From: Catajapyx aquilonaris
Taxonomy: Eukaryota
NCBI GenBank assembly: GCA_000934665.2
Contig: KZ538092.1
Span: 124,001-188,000 of the forward strand
Direction: 5' to 3'
DNA: 64,000 nt
Part shown: piece after piece, positions 53,170 through 64,000 of the stretch
How the letters are laid out: every line of letters begins with the position of its first letter
How positions within the stretch are numbered: position 1 is the stretch's first letter
Notes under the pieces: generated by a model
The model's input: only the letters and a program-made list of their open reading frames with translations
Told to the model about the DNA's origin: nothing
Databases searched by the model: none
Program-made: the position numbers and the translations under genes

Positions 53170-53575
53170 TATGTTTATTGGGTTTTGACCACTTCACTAA
53201 CAGAAAAAATTTATCCAAAAAATGCTTAATTTTCAGCCCAAGTGCTGAAAATTAGGCCTTTTTTTGGGATAATTTTGGATAGTGTGGGGAGGAAGAAATT
53301 TTGGCAAGGTTTCCAAAATTTCTTCCTCCCCACACTATTGCGAAATATGGCTGAAACTTAATATGTAGTGTTATGGCATAGGTGTGTACAGCTGTGATTT
53401 TTCTCAGCAAAATCCGAGATGGTCTAGCAACATTTAGGCCCACCAGATTCAGAAAGATCGTTACGTTTTGAGGATTTGGTTTTGTGACTGCCCCAAGGTC
53501 AAAAACAAATTTCAGACAAAATGAGTTACTAGCAGCCTAAGGAACACGAAAATAGCAATGAATTCCCATGGACAA
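53170..53575 (-). repeat. Right arm of the diverged inverted repeat pair
   Basis: Reverse-complement similarity to 51455-51812, e.g. TATGTTTATTGGGTTTTGACCACTTC, GTGTACAGCTGTGATTTT and AGGTCAAAAACAAATTTCAGACAAAA. Confidence 0.82.
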
Positions 53576-54582
53576 TTATCATGTTGCATAGTGTTATTAA
53601 TCCAAAATGTAAAATGGCAATAACTAACTGCCCCACATGTATTCGACCACAGTGCTTTGTTACAGGTGGGTTGATTGCTTCTTCATTGATGACACGTTAC
53701 ACCAGTGCTGTGGCCTTCGCAGTATCCTGAACAATATTCACAATCAGGCCTACCATGTATGGCACAGCAGTATTACATCATGATGACAAGGCCCGTATCA
53801 ACATACCCAAAACAGCAGTTATGGCCTTTTCTAGTCTGATTGATGGAAGGTAATATACTTTCTTTGAATTTTTGGCCTTTCATCTGCTTCTCTTGGGATT
53901 CATATTTTGAAATTTCATACCTGTCAGTTATGTCTCCTATAGGAACACAGTCACACCCTCCTGTCAGGTAGGGTCTGCACATGACATTATGTACTCACTG
54001 GTTATAGGTGGTTGGCACCTGAATGTTATGCTGTGCTAACAAAATTATTTCAGGAATTCTAGAGTTCATAATTTACAAAACTATGTGGTTTCTGTGTGGC
54101 TTTTTTGCTCTTAACTCACCACAAAAAGTCATAAGTTTCTAGGCACACAAAGTGGAAAAATTGGCCATTTAAAAATCCCTTGTCATAAAAGTTGAACCTT
54201 GACCTCCACATTGAGGTAATTCCCATCAAGAAGTCACTTATCTCAACGGAACTATTTTTAGCTTTCAAATTTTTAAATGAGACCAGAGTAAACAATATGC
54301 TGAAGATGCTCATTCCCACTGTTGAAACACATAAAATTCAACCCACAGCTAGAAAATCTTCAATCTGTTGTCAGATAAGCTGCCATAGTCTTGTAGATGT
54401 CAGGGATTTTGAGTGTATTTGTGCTTATAAACCAGGTTTGATAGGTCTCCTTGAAGCGAATATTAACAAAATGAAAAAAAATGAGTATCTACATTATGCT
54501 AAGTCACTACTTTCCAGCTCCAATTTATTGATAGTTTTACTATCAAATGATTAAAATATCAATTAGTTCCTTTTTGGGTCTC

Positions 54583-56804
54583 CTACGATCCACCACCATC
54601 ACTCTCTTCTGCGTCACTCTCACTCCCTGCTCCTCTCAAAAGCTCGACTTTTCTTGCGGCTTTTCCTAAGGGTGTTAAATTCACAGCAGTTGATTCATCT
54701 CTCACGTCGTAACTGTGAAATGGGAGGGTCTCCAACCACGAGAACATCCTGCACACTGTTAAGGATCATCATGTACAAAGTGATTATGAAAATATGGAGA
54801 CATTTCATAAATATATATGATCTTTCCTGCTATATTTTACACAATATATTGGTATGAACCATCCTAGCCTCACTGATCATATAAATAGTGCAGACAAAGG
54901 CTCAAACACCAAAGCAATTCCAGGTTTATTTGATTATTTAATTGCTGGTGAGTCACAAGGTGCTCATACGCACTAAATGTTAAAGAATGTTTGAACTGGC
55001 TATGAAAATATGGTAAACCAATCAGAAATAGAGTTCACAGTGACAATATCCGACAATTGTTAAAAATATCGACATTTGCTCTTCCACAGACCCCCATTTC
55101 AGCATGGCAAAAATATAGCAGGAAAATACATTATTATGATTTGGAATTATTGTTGAAGTTTGGAAGAATTGCAACATTGTGTCCTTCTAATGATAATACT
55201 TACCCTAAATTTTTCGTTTTTTTTTTTTTACTACTGGCATTAACAGCAACTGATAATAACTACTGCACCCTGCTTATTTTCAGGAACAGTATGACCACAT
55301 CATCAAAAAAAGGATACGATTTCTCCTCCTTTTCCGCCTGAACAATGGCAGACAGAATGTACTTGTCTACAAATTCCTTCACTTTTTCTTCCTCTGATGT
55401 CCAGGTAAGTGGTGCATGAAGTCCATCAGCACCAAATCTCATGTTGTATTTGTCATAATGCACTTGCTCCAAGACAAGTCCCAGGCCTGGAGCGATGGGG
55501 ATGTCCACACGGTCTTCCCCCCAGGCTCTGTCCACAACATCCTCAGAAGCCATTCCCCTTGCAATTGCCACAGCGACTCCAACCATCTTCCTGATCTGGT
55601 GAAGCATGAAGCTCTGGCCCTTGACCACTAACCTGACCAGTTCAAGCCCATCCCTTTCAAATGGCTGCCCGCATTCCATGCTCATAATGTATCTCTGCGC
55701 ACTGGGATCCAAGTGCTTGCGCTTGGCTGTGAAATTGTGAAAGTTATGAGTGCCCACAAACTTGGATAGGGTGGTGTTCAGGGAAGCGATGACCTCTGAG
55801 GTCACACGGTACGAGGCTGTGGTGAGTTCAGTGACAGGCGCAAGGGCAAAGGTCGGTAGGGTGTACGAATAGGTTCGAGCACAACAGAAAGTCTTGCTGT
55901 TGAAGCGTTTGGTCACCTGGCAGGTACCCTGCACACGTATGAATTCAGGAAGATGCTCATTAATGCGATCAACTAGGTCCTCTGCCACAGCTGCAAAAAA
56001 TGTTACAAATTAGTACCATGTCGAGAATTACATGTTAGATTACACAGTAGAAGCCGTTAACGTCCTTTTAATACACCAAAAATATATGGAAATCAGCTAA
56101 AGGATTAATTTTTTAGAATTATGGTTCATGTGATGCAGATGATAATCTTACGAAGTTTCAGGTTGACAATCTGTCTTGCTGCGGACACTCCCTTGTCTGT
56201 ACGTGCAGCTCTCTGGAACTGTATGACCTGCGGCGTCTCAAATGCTTCCTCCGATATGAGATTCGCTTTCTTCAGCGCCACTAGGAGGTCTTCTTCAATC
56301 GTTTTCATGCCAGGGTTTCTAAGGAAGAGTCAGTCATCAGGACAGACTCATATGAGTATACATTTCAGATATTAATAAAATGTTAAAAACTTTAGAATAC
56401 ATTTTTTACATTACAAATACCTCAAGTACAGGTCCATTACAATGCATCTTGTGCTCATACAACCAGTCACCTCACCTCTGCATTCCTAAGTATCCTTTTC
56501 CCAAGTAGGACATGAGGAGCACATATTTCTTTAGCTTAACCCTCTCCTTTTTCTCCTGCGAATCGTCCCCATCCAGCGCGGCTCTTTTAGCGTTATCCTC
56601 CTCGGTCCTATCCTCCCACGGCCGCTTTATGCCATGGGGCGGCTGCTCCTCTGTGGCTGGCGTACTGGCCACGGCCACGTCGCTCATCCTCGCAGTCTGG
56701 AGAAGGACCAGTTGGGTGAACCTGAGCTGAAGAACTCTCGGAGAAGACAACAACCGGCTGCTCCAACTCAGGCTAGCTGCAATTACAGTGCCCAAGTTGA
56801 TCAT
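54583..56804 (-). CDS. PUS1: tRNA pseudouridine synthase 1 (TruA family), about 444 aa, 4 exons
   Basis: Exons 56804-56476, 56318-56152, 55990-55318 and 54748-54583. Motifs: YLGKGYLGMQRNPG, catalytic FQRAARTDKGVSA, ARTYSYTLPTFA, GTHNFHNFT, VKGQSFMLHQIRKMVG, IPIAPGLGLVL, and the C-terminal SMFSWLETLPFHSY. Confidence 0.95.
54749..55317 (-). other. U12-type (minor spliceosome) GT-AG intron, last intron of PUS1
   Basis: The 5' splice site is GTATCCTTT at 55317, and the branch sequence TCCTTAAC (54765-54758) is followed by AGTGTGCAG with no polypyrimidine tract. Splicing joins EKEEKS to MFSWLETLP in frame. Confidence 0.9.
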
Positions 56805-57424
56805 ATTTAGGCAACCATGTACTAACTCATACTTTACATGCATACATGTCAACGAAGCACATGTACGCTCGCTGTGCGGCAATACATTTCTAAAGGTTGT
56901 GTACTAGCTAGATAAATATCATCTCCAGTTTCCAGTAATTGTAAGGGCAATTGTAACGCCTCGTACATGCTACTTGCGCAGTACTTACTGAATTTCGAGG
57001 AAAAAATTAAACCAATAATCTCACCAAGTAATGACCGGACAGCCATGCCATTGGAGGGCCGGATATAGCCTAGCTGCTGCCAAACACAACAGCAGCTACA
57101 CTCCCATAAAAGTAGCTATATTAGCTACATATATTTGAATCAGTTCTGTGAGTTTTCGAACTATTCGTCAATATTTTGCAAAAGTGAAAGAACACGCAAT
57201 TATTGCTCCGTACAATTTTTTCTGTTTAGATTGCGGCGTGTATGACTTGTGATGTCGATGTACAGATGATTCATTATAACATCATTATGATTGTAATTTA
57301 TCAGCGGAGTCCCATGAAGTTTGCCAAATTATCGTTCAAGGAAACGGACACTGAACCCAAAAATTAACATTGCGATGTTCGGGGTGAACGTAGACCTCGC
57401 ACTTTTGTATTTGCAAGAAATGGC

Positions 57425-57523
57425 AAAAGGAAGGTCAAGGTCACTGATGGGAGGGTTTCAAACATGAATCAGTAGCGACGAACTTAAGGGTCATAGACAA
57501 GTACCATCAGTATCGGACCTCCC
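57425..57523 (-). ncRNA. Y RNA-like small RNA, copy 1 (99 nt)
   Basis: Minus strand reads GGGAGGTCCGATACTGATGG-loop-CCCTCCCATCAGTGACCTTGACCTTCCTTTT. It forms an 8-bp terminal stem GGGAGGUC/GACCUUCC, a bulged C9, GA/UU pairs, an internal loop, an 8-bp upper stem ACUGAUGG/CCAUCAGU and a U4 end. This matches the GGUCCGA...UUGAC Ro60-binding signature of Y RNAs. Confidence 0.78.
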
Positions 57524-58153
57524 TACCTGGCTACTCTCTCCTAGGGATATTCATGCCAAGTCCGAAGGAAAAGGCCATGTCCGTCAATTACTCATAATCA
57601 ATATGGGAGAAATTGACCGCAAATGGTTGCAGCCACTACTTACAATCCATACAGAGGAATTGTATGTGCCAACACTTTTCCATATGTCCGAATATGCTTT
57701 ACTGGATGACTGTTGAGACAAACGACGTTTTAGTGATCTGGCCAATGGGAGCGCGCTATTCTCCCCCCCCCCNNNNNNNCCCCCCCCCCGATTAAAATGT
57801 CCAGGCGGGCTTTGTGAAGTCGGGCAATTCACTCTCGTGTACTGCAATAGCCTTGCAAATTGCAATACAACCTTCAACGTGGCATGTAACTAAATATGGC
57901 AATGAGAGTAATAACGTCAGAAAGGCAATAACCGAAAGTTAATTTGAATGGTTATTACTGATATTAATTATTCCTCCACCTTATGCTCTTTTGTCGTTCC
58001 CCATCCTGTTACGTATTCATTTAAATAGGCATTAAATAATTGTTTTAATGGTCTTTCTGTTGTCCTGCAGGTGTGCGGCCTTCAAGGCCGTAAAAATCCG
58101 GAGGCAATGCGGTGGCGGCTGGCGTAGTTTTGTGCAACAAAAAAGGGGGGCAT

Positions 58154-58251
58154 AAAAGGGAAGTCAAGGTCACTGATCGGGAAGTATCAATCATGGTTCA
58201 GAACTGCTAGCTTCAGCGTATTAGTGAATTACCATCAGCATCGGACCTCCC
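58154..58251 (-). ncRNA. Y RNA-like small RNA, copy 2 (98 nt)
   Basis: Minus strand reads GGGAGGTCCGATGCTGATGG-loop-CTTCCCGATCAGTGACCTTGACTTCCCTTTT. The fold is the same as copy 1, with pairing-preserving changes in the stems, a diverged loop, a U4 end and a second T6 run at 58139-58144. Confidence 0.78.
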
Positions 58252-58726
58252 CGGCGGCTGAACCATATCAAAGGCCACCATCTTCAGACCCTGGACTAAA
58301 CAGTGCGGCTTGCAATAAATAAACAAGTCGCCACACAGATTTATCGGGCGTGTAACAACGCATATGCTCGTTACTACCTGATATCATGACGTACTCTACA
58401 CATTTTGCATATAATGTACCTGCAATTTTATATATAAAAAAAGATAAGTGGCAAAATCAATACTGCAGTCCGCGCATGTCCGCATCGTAATGAGTACCGT
58501 CCTTGCCCGCGCGAAATCGAAAGGTCAAGCCATCACTGTCAACACCTAGATATACTGCAGCAGATGACGCGACAACACCTGTGTGTACTTACATGCATTA
58601 TCGCACTTACAGTTTAGTACGGATCATGTACGGATTTACTCAAAGATAAAAAGCGATAAGGAGCAACAACCTCAACAAATGAATTATGCTGACACATGTT
58701 GGCTCTTCCGAACGGTATTGTAAGTC

Positions 58727-58993
58727 TTGTCGCAATTGCTAATTGTCGCAATGGCTTAATTGTCGCAATGAGTAAATCGACATTACGCCTGATTGGCCAC
58801 CTCCCCCCTTCCCCCTAAAATCGAACAGTCCCACACTCAGTACGCATGCGTCGTATCAGCTAGCAGCATGCTGATTGGTTGTATCTCCCATGACCCCGAG
58901 TGGTGATTGGTCCAATGGGGTCAGCTGGTTTGCTGTTGTGACTGGAAGGTGTGAACGGCCTCTGACTGGAACTGAGCGAGTGAGTGATGCAAG

Positions 58994-58999
<6 letters not shown>
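58727..58999 (+). promoter_or_regulatory. Probable tankyrase housekeeping-type promoter
   Basis: Three TTGTCGCAAT copies (58727, 58743, 58760), several CCAAT/ATTGG boxes (about 58791, 58873, 58905, 58912), an NRF1-like ACGCATGCGT (about 58842) and a YY1-like AAGATGGC overlapping the ATG. Motif-only evidence. Confidence 0.5.

Positions 59000-64000
<5,001 letters not shown>

Noticed and set aside
57762..57789. Poly-C tract with Ns (also single Ns at 10673 and 50371)
   Set aside because: Sequencing/assembly ambiguity in homopolymers; it only makes the spacing between the two Y-like copies slightly uncertain.
57425..58251. Interpreting the paired hairpins as MITEs, tRNAs or pre-miRNAs
   Set aside because: The ends are asymmetric with a conserved bulge and G-U pairs that work on one strand only. 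There is no TSD, no cloverleaf or B-box, and the loop is too large for a pre-miRNA.

Overview
This is eukaryotic DNA from a compact-intron invertebrate; the tankyrase sequence suggests an arthropod, which is an inference. The first 46 kb hold three intact, diverged FGFRL1/nou-darake-like genes. Each encodes a signal peptide, three Ig domains, one TM helix and a His/Pro-rich tail with no kinase: one gene is on the + strand (5674-9716) and two are on the - strand (11431-24606 and 39364-46106). Next comes a MITE-rich patch (51.4-53.6 kb), then PUS1 on the - strand. PUS1 has two in-frame starts, and its last intron is a U12-type minor-spliceosome intron. The 5' part of tankyrase is on the + strand and runs off the window end. 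The most notable unannotated signal lies in the 2.2 kb between the divergent PUS1 and TNKS starts: two ~98-nt paralogous minus-strand RNA genes (57425-57523 and 58154-58251). Both have the Y RNA architecture: a GGUC-C-GA/UU-GAC Ro60-type bulged stem, an upper stem, a variable loop and an oligo-U end. All exon boundaries were derived by hand from GT/AG sites and reading-frame continuity, without transcript data or database searches.
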